Positions 38,513-48,022 of a stretch of DNA of 64,000 bases are shown one piece after another; the stretch's first letter is position 1; each line of letters begins with the position of its first letter. Made by a program: the position numbers and the translations under genes. This stretch comes from an uncultured Methylomirabilota bacterium (GTDB taxonomy: Bacteria > Methylomirabilota > Methylomirabilia > Methylomirabilales > 2-02-FULL-66-22), in contig CAWJSJ010000002.1 in assembly GCA_963845565.1 (NCBI GenBank), positions 1,248,001-1,312,000 of the forward strand, read 5' to 3'. A model generated the notes under the pieces. That model did not search any database and was not told the origin of the DNA. It was given only the letters and a program-made list of their open reading frames with translations.

Positions 38513-39130
38513 ATGACGATGTTGCCACGCACAGCATGGCTGATCGCAGCAGCGACACTGATCCTCTCCGCCTGCGCCTCGACAAGTCTCGACATGACCT
38601 GGCGGGATCCCGCCTACCGGGGGCGACCCTTCAGCAAGGTCCTGGTGGTGGGGGCCACGGACGACGCGGCGAATCGTCGGATCTACGAAGACGCGCTCGT
38701 CGGCGTGCTCAAGGGGCGTGGCGTGGACGCCGTGGCGAGCCACACCTTGATCCCCGCCGAGAGCCCTGTGACACGGGACCACGTCGTTGAGGCGGTCAAG
38801 ACCTGGGGTGCCGACAGCGTGATCTCCACGAGGTTGATCGGCATCGAGACCAGGGCGACCCAGATGCCCATGCGGGCCGTGGGGCAAACCGGTGCGGATC
38901 CCTCCCAGGATACGGACCTGTTCGGCTACTACTCGTCGATGGGGTCCCAGCCAACCGTGCTGCAGGACTACGGCGTCGCCAGCCTGGACAGCAATCTCTT
39001 CGACGCCAGGACGGGAAAGATGGTCTGGTGGGGCCGGAGCAGCGCCTTCCCGACCGAGGACATTGCCGTCCTCAGCCGCGAACTGGCCGAGAACGTGACC
39101 AAGTCCCTGAAATCCGCCGCGCTGCTGTGA
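38513..39130 (+). CDS. Putative lipoprotein (DUF4136-like)
   Basis: LSAC lipobox; W.DP.Y, NLFDA..GKMVW. Confidence 0.75.
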   Translation: MTMLPRTAWLIAAATLILSACASTSLDMTWRDPAYRGRPFSKVLVVGATDDAANRRIYEDALVGVLKGRGVDAVASHTLIPAESPVTRDHVVEAVKTWGADSVISTRLIGIETRATQMPMRAVGQTGADPSQDTDLFGYYSSMGSQPTVLQDYGVASLDSNLFDARTGKMVWWGRSSAFPTEDIAVLSRELAENVTKSLKSAALL

Positions 39131-39160
39131 CCCACCGCCACCCGCCCCGTCACGCGTCGC

Positions 39161-40447
39161 CTATCGCCGGTGCGCTTGCGGCAGATACCCGGGCAGCTTC
39201 TGCGCAGCGAATATCTTTCGGAGGCGCGCGAACCGCTGGCGCCCGTCCACCAGCGGGACGGCCGGCCAATGGTCGCCGATGAGCGGTCGGGCATAGCGGA
39301 CGAACTCGTCGGTCACGTCAATGCGGCTCTGGGTGATCCAGGCTTGCGGGAAGGCCCGCTCGGAGTTGGCGACCTGCACCAGGGGCACCTTGTCGTAGCG
39401 GACATTGTAGACGGGGCCCGGATCGCGCAGGATCGTGCTCATGTAACCCGAGCCGTCTTCCACGGCGATGAGCGCGGCCTTCTGCCCCAGCTTGTAAGCC
39501 TCCTCCAGGTCCACCGTCGAGGCATACATCATCACCGTGCGCTGGTCCGTGCCCATGACGTTGGCACGGGCCGCGCCGTGCGCCTTGAGGCCGACGCGGT
39601 TCAGGTGGTTCACCACGATCTGGGCGACCGTCATTTCCGAGGCCGAGAACATGGTGTGGCCGAAACTGTCCTTCCGCTCCCCCAGGCTTCCGACGGGGAA
39701 TCCCTCGCTGACGACGACCAGGCAGCGCCCGCTGCGCTTGAGTTCGTCGTTCACCAGATCGGGCATCGCTTCCAGTGTCAGCCCCGATTCGGCCAGGTAA
39801 ATCTGCAGGGGCATCTCCCGGTCCGGATCGGCGAGCCGAGCCGCCGCGGGGATGAAACCGATCTTTCGCCCCATGGCCTGGATCACCAGCACCGGATCGG
39901 CGGGGGACGAGCCGGCATTTTCCTCATTCGCCCCCTGGACATTCAGCGCCCAGTAGCGCGCCACGCTGCCGTAGCCGGGGGTGTGATCGATCAGTCGGAA
40001 CTCGGCGTCTCCCACATCGTTGTCGATGGTCTTCGGGCCGCCCACGGCGATGACGTCCAGGCCGCGTTCCCGAGCCAGGACGGCGACCTTGTTGGCCGTG
40101 TCCATCGAGTCATTGCCGCCGATGTAAAAGAAATAGCCGATGTCGTGCGCGCGCAGCACGGCGATGACGCGGTCAAAATCCTCCGTCTGCTTGCTCTTCA
40201 GCTTGTAACGGCAGGTCCCGATGCTGCCCGCGGCGGGGGTGACGCCCAGGAGCGCGATCTCCTCGGCGGGCTGAGCGGACAGGTCGAGCAACTCCTCCTT
40301 CAGGACGCCCTCGATGCCGTGAAAGCCGGCGTAGACGGTGCCGAATCGCTCGGGCATCCCCCGGCAGGTGTCCAGGATACCCCGCAGCGTGTTGTTGATG
40401 ACCGCACTGGGTCCGCCGGATTGGGCGACGATGACGTTCTTGGCCAT
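39161..40447 (-). CDS. pfp: Pyrophosphate-dependent phosphofructokinase
   Basis: AQSGGP, IGGNDSMDT (GGND is the PPi-type motif), PKTIDND, MGR. Confidence 0.88.
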   Translation of the reverse strand: MAKNVIVAQSGGPSAVINNTLRGILDTCRGMPERFGTVYAGFHGIEGVLKEELLDLSAQPAEEIALLGVTPAAGSIGTCRYKLKSKQTEDFDRVIAVLRAHDIGYFFYIGGNDSMDTANKVAVLARERGLDVIAVGGPKTIDNDVGDAEFRLIDHTPGYGSVARYWALNVQGANEENAGSSPADPVLVIQAMGRKIGFIPAAARLADPDREMPLQIYLAESGLTLEAMPDLVNDELKRSGRCLVVVSEGFPVGSLGERKDSFGHTMFSASEMTVAQIVVNHLNRVGLKAHGAARANVMGTDQRTVMMYASTVDLEEAYKLGQKAALIAVEDGSGYMSTILRDPGPVYNVRYDKVPLVQVANSERAFPQAWITQSRIDVTDEFVRYARPLIGDHWPAVPLVDGRQRFARLRKIFAAQKLPGYLPQAHRR

Positions 40448-40555
40448 GGCAACACTCCGGTTCGCGTCCTCGTGCACAGGAAGTGGGACGCCGGCGCGCG
40501 ATGCGCCGGCGTCGTGTCCACTGGGCCGGTCAAGAACCACTTCCGCCCAGGCTGC

Positions 40556-42025
40556 CTAGCTCTTCTTCCAGACCGTCGAGGTCACATCGCCGCCGCGCCC
40601 GGTCCAGTTGGTGTGGAAGTACTCGCCCCGCGGCTTGTCCACGCGCTGGTAGGTGTGCGCGCCGAAGTAGTCGCGCTGCGCCTGAAGCAGGTTGGCCGGC
40701 AGGCGCTCGCGGCGGTAGCCGTCGTAGAACGCCAGGGCGCTGGACATGGCCGGCACCGGGATGCCCTTCTGCACCGCCTTGGCCACCACCTGCCGCCAGC
40801 CCGCCTGCGCCGCCCCGATCTGCCGCTTGAAATAGGGGTCGAGCAGCAGGTTGGTGAGGCCGGGGTTCTTGTCGAAGGCGTCCTTGATCTTGCCCAGGAA
40901 GGCGGAGCGGATGATGCAGCCGCCGCGCCACATGAGCGCAATGCCGCCGTAGTTCAGGTTCCAGCGGTACTCCTTGGCCGCCGCCCGCATGAGCATGTAG
41001 CCCTGCGTGTAGGAGATGATCTTGCAGGCGTAGACCGCGTCCTGCAGGTCGTCCACGAACCGCTGCTTGTCGCCCGCGATCTTGGAGGCGGGGACCCGAC
41101 AGCACCTTGGCGGCCGCCACACGCTCGTCCTTCAACGCCGACAGCGCCCGCCCAAGCACCGCCTCGACGATCATGGTCAGCGGAATCCCCATGTCCAGGG
41201 CCGAGATGCCCGTCCACTTGCCGGTGCCCTTCTGCTCGGCGGCGTCCAGGATCTTGTCCACCAGCGGCTGAGCCGTCCGCGTCCTTGACCGCCAGGATGT
41301 CGCGGGTGATCTCGATCAGGTAGGAGTCGAGCTTGCCCTTGTTCCACTTGGCGAAGACCTTGTGCATCTCGTCGGCGCTCATGCCCAAGCCGTCGCGCAT
41401 CAAGTGGTAGGCCTCGCAGATCAGCTGCATGTCGCCGTACTCGATGCCGTTGTGCACCATCTTGACATAGTGCCCGGCGCCGTTCTCCCCCACCCACTCG
41501 CAGCAGGCATCCTCCCCGCCGTCGGCCCGCTTCACCTTGGCGGCGATGGCCTGGAAGATGGGCTTGACGTGCGGCCAGGCCGCCGGGGATCCGCCGGGCA
41601 TGATGGAGGGGCCGTGCCGCGCCCCCTCCTCGCCGCCCGACACGCCGGTGCCGATGTACAGCAGCCCCTTGGACTCCACGTAGGCGGTGCGGCGGATGGT
41701 GTCCTGGTAGTTCGAGTTGCCGCCGTCGATGAGGATGTCTCCCGGCTCCAGATGGGGCAGAAGCTGCTCGATGAACTCGTCCACCGGCTTGCCCGCTCTG
41801 GACCATCAGCATGATCCGGCGGGGCGGCTTCAGCGCGGCGACCAGCTCCTCGAGCGAGTGCGCGCCGATGACCTGGGTGCCCTTGGCCTCCTTGGCCAGG
41901 AACTCGTCCACCTTGGAGGTGGTGCGGTTGTACACCGCCACCGTGAATCCGTGGTCGTTCATGTTCAGGACCAGGTTCTGACCCATGACGGCCAGGCCGA
42001 TCAGTCCGATGTCCGCTGTGCTCAT
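40556..42025 (-). pseudogene. gnd: NADP-dependent 6-phosphogluconate dehydrogenase with three +1 frameshifts (pseudogene or sequencing error)
   Basis: [30 protein letters not shown] and QAQRDYFGAH distributed over three frames. Confidence 0.9.
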
Positions 42026-42102
42026 GGTGCGATCCTTTCCTGTGCGTTGCCCCAAGCCGAAGAAGCCATCCAACCGTCCAGGCGGAACCGGAGACTCAGG
42101 AC

Positions 42103-42184
42103 AGCCACAAGAAGCACAAGAGGAACTACACAGGGGGTCTTCCGACTCAGGGCTTTGTCGTGAAATCTTGTGCCTCTTGTGGCT
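42103..42184. repeat. Inverted repeat with 9-nt periodic arms
   Basis: AGCCACAAGAAGCACAAGA / TCTTGTGCCTCTTGTGGCT (18/19). Confidence 0.8.
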
Positions 42185-42204
42185 AACCGAGCCCCTGGCC
42201 CTGG

Positions 42205-43101
42205 CTATTTCTTCCAGGGCGGCGTACTCGGCAGAAACGTCTCGAACTCGGCGATGAGGGCGGCCTCGTACTCGCCCGCGTACCTGCTGGCCGTGAAGCG
42301 GGCCAGGCCTTCCTGGTAGAAGCGCTCCCAGGACTTCTCCTCCTGGCCGGGGTTGATCGGGAAAAAGAGCACGCCATTCGCCTTGGCCGCGTCCATGTCG
42401 CCGGGGGCGTCGCCCACCATCAGGATACGATCAGCCGGGTACTTGTCCTTGGCGGCCCATGCCAGGTGCTGCTTCTTGCTGCCCATCTCCTGGCCGGCGA
42501 TGACCCGCACGTACTTGGCGATGTCGTGTTCTTCCCACTCGCGGACGAGGGCTTCGGTGGGTGTGGCCGAGACGACGACGACGTCGGCCTGACTTTGGAG
42601 GGACTGCAGGCTCTCCCGCATGTAGGGGAACGGGGGCACGCCGTGGACCATGTCGGCGACGGAGGCGTTGACGGCCTTGCTCCAGCCGAGCGCCTTGTCC
42701 AGCTCGGGATCCGGGTGCTCGGCCATGTACGCCGTGAGCCCGGCGTCGCTCAAGGGCTTCCCGGAGGCCATGAACTCGCGCACCCGCTTGGCCTCGGTGA
42801 TCCGGGCCCCGCGCGCCTTGACCTCGGCCCGCTCCTGCAGAAGGTCAAAGACCATCGTCAAGGCCGGCCAGCGATTGATGCCGCGCCACTTGCTGTACAG
42901 GTTGACGAACTCGGCCGCCTCGCGGGCGTATTTGGAGACCGACTGGAGGTCCCACCACTTGATCGTGTTGGGGCAGAAACACTCCTTGTGTTTGATCTCC
43001 ATCGAGTCGAACGCACAGCCGTCCGAATCAATCCCGACGAAGAAGGGGCGTTGCGGCCGAAGATCGGCCAGCGGCTTGGCCGCAGCGGGGACGTTGCTCA
43101 T
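42205..43101 (-). CDS. HAD family hydrolase
   Basis: DSDGC motif I, VVSAT, MVGDAPGD. Confidence 0.85.
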   Translation of the reverse strand: MSNVPAAAKPLADLRPQRPFFVGIDSDGCAFDSMEIKHKECFCPNTIKWWDLQSVSKYAREAAEFVNLYSKWRGINRWPALTMVFDLLQERAEVKARGARITEAKRVREFMASGKPLSDAGLTAYMAEHPDPELDKALGWSKAVNASVADMVHGVPPFPYMRESLQSLQSQADVVVVSATPTEALVREWEEHDIAKYVRVIAGQEMGSKKQHLAWAAKDKYPADRILMVGDAPGDMDAAKANGVLFFPINPGQEEKSWERFYQEGLARFTASRYAGEYEAALIAEFETFLPSTPPWKK

Positions 43102-43232
43102 GTGGGTTTCTCCTTGTCGTGGTTGGTGCCGTGCAGAAACACGTCGGGCTAGGTGATCGGGACCGTTCCGGGGATGTGCGCGGCGCTCGCAACCGCGTCA
43201 CGACCGGCTCTCACCGAACTGCATCGGTTCCG

Positions 43233-43262
43233 AGGATGCCGCAAGGGCGCCCGCGGTGTCAA
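43233..43262 (-). promoter_or_regulatory. Candidate sigma70 promoter for HAD-gnd-pfp
   Basis: TTGACA-N18-CATCCT on the minus strand. Confidence 0.4.
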
Positions 43263-43411
43263 GCAGAAACCCGGACGGCACGCCCCGGAAAACGCGTGGG
43301 GAAAGCACGTGGAGCCTGGGCGCGGAGGAGCTCCGCGACAGGCGCCGGGGTGCCGGTGGCACCCCACACCGCCAGCGGCGGATCGCCCGCCATGCGACGG
43401 CGACCCGCCGG

Positions 43412-44989
43412 CTAGCCCTGCAGGTACGCCTGCAAGGTGCGTCGAACGCTCCCCGGCCCCACCAGCATCCGCCCCACCAGCGCCTGCAGACGGTTACCGG
43501 TATCGCCATGGCCGAACAGGTCCGCTCCCATCACCGTCCGGCACGCGATCAGGTCGGCGAAGGCCGCAGCGCTCCCCGGGTCGCCCAGCGCAGCGCGCGC
43601 GCCGGCCGCAGCCAGGAGGGGCTTGACGGGGTCGTCTTCGAGCGGATAGGCCGTTCCGTGATCGTCGACCCCCAGGGTGTACCGGAGGAACCCTGCCACC
43701 GGAAGCAGGACGAGATCCAGGCGTGCGGGATCCAGACCCCGTGCGTGGCCGGCGAAGTAGGTATCCAAGAACCGCGGCAACATCTTGGTAGAGCCGTTCA
43801 GGGCGGCCCGCATGGGGTCATCGGGAATGTTGGGGTTTGAGAGGCGAGCCAGCGCGTGGCGGGCGAAGGCGCGAGGATCCATCTTGCGCGGAGCGCTCAT
43901 GGTCTCGATCGCGATGTCCATGATGCGTCGCATCAGCTCGAGCAGGTCCCGGTCCTGCATGGCGCGACAGACGCCGTACTGACCCCGGTAACCCAGGAGA
44001 ACGCCCAATCCGCCGATGGTCGAGTTCTCCATGTTGAGGAGGCGGATCTTCATGTCCTCGTACTTCTTGACCTCGGCATAGCTTGCTTCCAGGATGACGC
44101 CTTCCGCCCGGTCGAACACCGGCCGGCCCGCCGGGAAGCAGTCCTCCACCACCCAGTACCGGGTTCGCTCGGTGACTACCAGGGGCGACCGGAGGCCGAG
44201 CCGATCGAGGACCGCCAATGCCTGCTCGTCGGGCGCGACGGCGGTTCGGTCAATCATGGCGTTCGGAAAGGCAAACCGGGTGGGATCGGTGAGGTAGGCG
44301 ACGAAGCCCTTCGGCGCAAAACCGGCGGCCTCCCAGGCCTGGGCCATGGTCCGGAAGACGGCGCTCGTCACGTGCCCGTTGCTGGAAAAGTTGGTGCAGC
44401 TCACGACGGCGAAGGGGAGGCCGGCAACACATCGTTCCCGCGCGAAGGCCGTCCATTTGCCTGCGTCCGACGTGACGGTGCCCTCCCGCATGTCCTGCTT
44501 TACGGCGTCGCTGACCGGTTCGGCAAGCGTGCCGCCCGTGTACGCCATGCCGTACGCCCCTTCCGGGGCGTTGATGGTGGCGAACTGGAGGCGCGGATCG
44601 CGAGCCAATTCCATGAGCCGGTGCCAGGTCAGGCTGGCGGTGTTCCCGTCCACGAAGAGAACGGACTGGATCGCGCCCTGGATCTTCGGCGTCACGGCGC
44701 CGCGCGCGTCTTCGTAGATGAGCTGGGTCATGAGGTAATCGGTCGCCGCAAGTTCCGCGACGGAGCGCGCGGCATGCGTTTCGACGCCCACCATCAGTCC
44801 GGTGTCCGGGTGCTCCGCCAGGAGATCCTGCAGGATGTCCCCGCTGTGGCCGTAGGCCATGCGGCCTGCCGAAAACGAGAGGGACCGAACCGGGAGCGCC
44901 CGCCGGTCGTGGCGGGGGAGCAGCACGTTCTTACCGCGCCAGAAGGCGGCATCGTCGAGAAGGGCCTGGGTAAGCGTCCGCGCGATCAT
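43412..44989 (-). CDS. Mannitol dehydrogenase family (UxuB/UxaB-like) oxidoreductase, divergent
   Basis: VSCTNFSSNG, FPNAMIDR, WVVED, YEDMKIRLLN, RLSNP.I.D, NGSTK. Confidence 0.8.
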   Translation of the reverse strand: MIARTLTQALLDDAAFWRGKNVLLPRHDRRALPVRSLSFSAGRMAYGHSGDILQDLLAEHPDTGLMVGVETHAARSVAELAATDYLMTQLIYEDARGAVTPKIQGAIQSVLFVDGNTASLTWHRLMELARDPRLQFATINAPEGAYGMAYTGGTLAEPVSDAVKQDMREGTVTSDAGKWTAFARERCVAGLPFAVVSCTNFSSNGHVTSAVFRTMAQAWEAAGFAPKGFVAYLTDPTRFAFPNAMIDRTAVAPDEQALAVLDRLGLRSPLVVTERTRYWVVEDCFPAGRPVFDRAEGVILEASYAEVKKYEDMKIRLLNMENSTIGGLGVLLGYRGQYGVCRAMQDRDLLELMRRIMDIAIETMSAPRKMDPRAFARHALARLSNPNIPDDPMRAALNGSTKMLPRFLDTYFAGHARGLDPARLDLVLLPVAGFLRYTLGVDDHGTAYPLEDDPVKPLLAAAGARAALGDPGSAAAFADLIACRTVMGADLFGHGDTGNRLQALVGRMLVGPGSVRRTLQAYLQG

Positions 44990-45060
44990 GGCAACGTCCT
45001 CGCGAGTGCGATCCGGTCTGACACTACACCCCGATGCGGCGCGGCCTCCGGCCCGCGCCT

Positions 45061-46245
45061 CTATCGCGTCCCCCAACCGAACAGGCGAGCGGCGAGGCCG
45101 GCCGACACGCGGATGGCCCCCTCGGGGCACATCTCCTGGCAACAGAAACAGGCGATGCACTGGTCGCGATCGATCATCACCGGCGGCACGGACGGGGCGC
45201 CGTCGGGAGTGAGTGCGATGGCGTGGGCGGCGCAGACGCGGGCGCATTCTCCGCACGCCACGCAGGCGCCACGGTCGATCTCGGGCCGCACGGTCATCAG
45301 GCGTTCCAGAAACGCCGAGAGCCACGCCGGCCCGCCAAAACCCCGAAGCGGAGCGGGCCGCGCGAGGCGCCAGGTCGGGCGCGGACGCAGATCGTCGGGC
45401 GGCGGGCCGACGATCTCGATCCCGTCGAATGACGGCAGCAGGTGGAGGCCGTGCGCAACGGCCAGCGTGAAGACCTGGGGCAGGTCGAGTCCCCAGATCC
45501 GGGCCAGCACTGCGTCCAGGGCGTGCGCGTCTGCGGACGCGATCACGAGACCAAGCGGCCGCGGGTCGCCGGCGCTGGGGCCGTTCCCCTCCATCCCGAT
45601 GACGGCATCCAGGATGGAGAGCCGTGGCGCGATCAGGGCGTGGACGTGCAGGAGGAGGCGCGCGAAGTCCGCCGGGTTCTTCCCCGCGCGAAAGTGCCAT
45701 TGCGCCTTTTCCATGCCGACCACGGCTCCGAAGCTGTTCTTGACCGCCGCCGTCACGACCATCTGCCCGTGCGTCTTGGCCTTGGGCAGGTTGATCACCA
45801 GGTCCGCGTCGCGGAGGCGCCGGATCAGCCGGAGGCGATGAAAGCCGGTGCCGGCAGGCGCCACATCGACCCCCTCGTCCGCGTCGTGGACGACGAAGGG
45901 TTCGTCGTCGCCGAGACCCAGATGCCGGGCGCATCGCCGGGCGGATCCCACGCCCGGGCTGTCGGTGACCTCGACCACGGCGGCCCCGACCTCTCGGGCC
46001 AGACGGGCGACGGCGCGGATGATCTCCGGGTGGGTGCAGACGGCCCGTTCGGGGGCGCTCGGCATGAGCAAGTTCGGCTTGAGGACCACGCGCGCGCCGG
46101 GCATGACGAAGGCGCCGATGCCGCCCAAGGGCTCGAGGACGGCCCGGACGGCCCGCTCGACCGCCGCCGGCTCGTACGTGGCGAGCCGCTGAATGGAGAC
46201 ACGACGGGCGGCCGCCGGCCGCGGTCCAAGGCTGTTCTCAGGCAT
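45061..46245 (-). CDS. DUF362 domain protein with C-terminal 2x[4Fe-4S]
   Basis: VVLKPNL, CTHP, NLPKAKTH, VKNSFG, GMEGNGP; two CxxCxxCxxxC motifs. Confidence 0.9.
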   Translation of the reverse strand: MPENSLGPRPAAARRVSIQRLATYEPAAVERAVRAVLEPLGGIGAFVMPGARVVLKPNLLMPSAPERAVCTHPEIIRAVARLAREVGAAVVEVTDSPGVGSARRCARHLGLGDDEPFVVHDADEGVDVAPAGTGFHRLRLIRRLRDADLVINLPKAKTHGQMVVTAAVKNSFGAVVGMEKAQWHFRAGKNPADFARLLLHVHALIAPRLSILDAVIGMEGNGPSAGDPRPLGLVIASADAHALDAVLARIWGLDLPQVFTLAVAHGLHLLPSFDGIEIVGPPPDDLRPRPTWRLARPAPLRGFGGPAWLSAFLERLMTVRPEIDRGACVACGECARVCAAHAIALTPDGAPSVPPVMIDRDQCIACFCCQEMCPEGAIRVSAGLAARLFGWGTR

Positions 46246-46475
46246 GGCACCCTGCAGGTTCCGGTTTGGGGACTGTCCGCCGGGAAGGCGGTTGCAGTGC
46301 CGCATATACAATACTCTCCTGACCCCGAGAGGGCAAATCCTCCCCGACGGGACACGGTGGTGGCCCGGACGATCGCTCTTTGGCGCCGGGTCGCACAAAA
46401 GAATTGCCGAGTCTATCGCGAGTGGCATATGCTCGCGGCGTTTCGGGGTGCCGCGGAGGAGACGGGGGATCCGAA

Positions 46476-47846
46476 ATGGTCGCCAATCGAAAAACGATTC
46501 TTATCGTCGACGACGACGAAGTGATCCTGCGCGTGCTCGAGCGTGACCTGGAGCAGGCAGGCTTTGCCGTCGTGAAAGCGGGAAACGGCAAGGAGGCGCT
46601 GGAGATCGTCTCGCGCGACACCGTGGACATCGTCATTTCCGATATCTCCATGCCGGAGATGGACGGGCTGGCATTTTGCGAGCAGCTCCGGCGGCGCCCC
46701 GCCTGCGCGGACATCCCTTTCATCTTCCTCACGGTTCACGGGGGAGAGCAGGCCAAGATCCGGGGTCTGCGATCGGGGGCGGACGATTACGTGGTCAAGC
46801 CCTTCAACACGGGCGATCTCATCGCGCGCGCGGAGATCCTCTACGACCGCATCCAGCGAAAACGCTCAGGGGACACCTTGAAGGGCAACCTGCGAGAGGT
46901 GGGCCTGTGCGAGATCCTGCAGTTGTTCGAGTTGACGCGGAAACGCGGCGTGCTCCACGTGGACACGGATGCGGGGAAGGGGACCATCGCGTTCGCCGAC
47001 GGCACATTGATGGACGCCACCTGGAACGATCTTCAGGGAGAGGACGCGGTGCTCGAGATGTTCGCCCTGGCGGCCGGCAATTTCCGCTTCCAGTCGCAAG
47101 AGGTGTCCTCCGGCACGATCGGACAATCCATCAGTTTCATGCTCATGGAGGCGGCGCGGTTGACCGACGAGTTGGCGGCCTTCGCGGACCATATCCCTTC
47201 CGCCACGACACTCCTGCGCCTCCAGAAGCCGTTCGAAGGGGACGACGCGGACGCGCACTCGGCGAGCCGAGCGATCACCGATGGGTGCGCCGACCTCGCC
47301 GCCCTCCAGCGAGCGCTACGGATGTCCGCCGTCAGGCTTGGGCTCGCGGTCGGGAAATTGATCGCGGGGGGATTCGTCACGATGGGCGGCGCACCCCCCG
47401 CCGACGAGGCCGGCCAGGCCGTCGCGGGGGTGGCGAGGCCGGTCAAGATCCTGGTCGCGTTCACGGATGATCGGATGCTGTCCAGATGTCTGTCGCTGAT
47501 GGGCGAACCCGGAGACCATCCGTTGAAAAGAAGCGGCCTATCGGAATCCTCGCGCGTGACGGTCGGTTCGCAGGTCTACGACCTCTTCTGTTTGCGAGGA
47601 GAGAAGCGGTTCTCGTTCATGTGGGAGCTGGTCTTGCGAACCTCGACGGGCGCGCTCTATTTGCTCACCACCGACGACGATGCGGAGCATGCGGCCTTCT
47701 TCTCGGCGAAGGCGACATCGCTGCGCAAGCCAGTGGTTCGCGTGAGCTTGGGGACCACGCTGCGCCACAGCGACGGCGTCCGGGTGGTCGCCACCCCCGA
47801 CGATATGCGCCAGGCGCTCGAGGCCGTGCGGACGTCCGCCGCGTGA
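46476..47846 (+). CDS. Response regulator: REC + DUF4388 + C-terminal small-GTPase-like region
   Basis: IVDDD, SDISMP, KPF; LKGNL....L.EILQL...RKRG.L; GEKRFSFMW. Confidence 0.85.
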   Translation: MVANRKTILIVDDDEVILRVLERDLEQAGFAVVKAGNGKEALEIVSRDTVDIVISDISMPEMDGLAFCEQLRRRPACADIPFIFLTVHGGEQAKIRGLRSGADDYVVKPFNTGDLIARAEILYDRIQRKRSGDTLKGNLREVGLCEILQLFELTRKRGVLHVDTDAGKGTIAFADGTLMDATWNDLQGEDAVLEMFALAAGNFRFQSQEVSSGTIGQSISFMLMEAARLTDELAAFADHIPSATTLLRLQKPFEGDDADAHSASRAITDGCADLAALQRALRMSAVRLGLAVGKLIAGGFVTMGGAPPADEAGQAVAGVARPVKILVAFTDDRMLSRCLSLMGEPGDHPLKRSGLSESSRVTVGSQVYDLFCLRGEKRFSFMWELVLRTSTGALYLLTTDDDAEHAAFFSAKATSLRKPVVRVSLGTTLRHSDGVRVVATPDDMRQALEAVRTSAA

Positions 47847-48022
47847 CCCGAGTGCGGCGTGGCAGTGGACGGATCCGGGCCGGCGGCGGACAGACGCCAA
47901 GCCTCTCGCCGGTAGCCGCCGCGCCGCGGTTCCCGACTGGGCTCGGGGAGGGGTTTGAAAGGCCCGGAGGGTTGTGTTAGGGTGTTGGCCCGCACGTCGT
48001 TCCAGCACAGGAGGGGGTACCA

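Noticed and set aside
43412..45934. 840-aa fusion protein
   Set aside because: The N-terminal part overlaps the DUF362 gene in another frame and is Arg/Pro-rich noise; the real start is at 44989.
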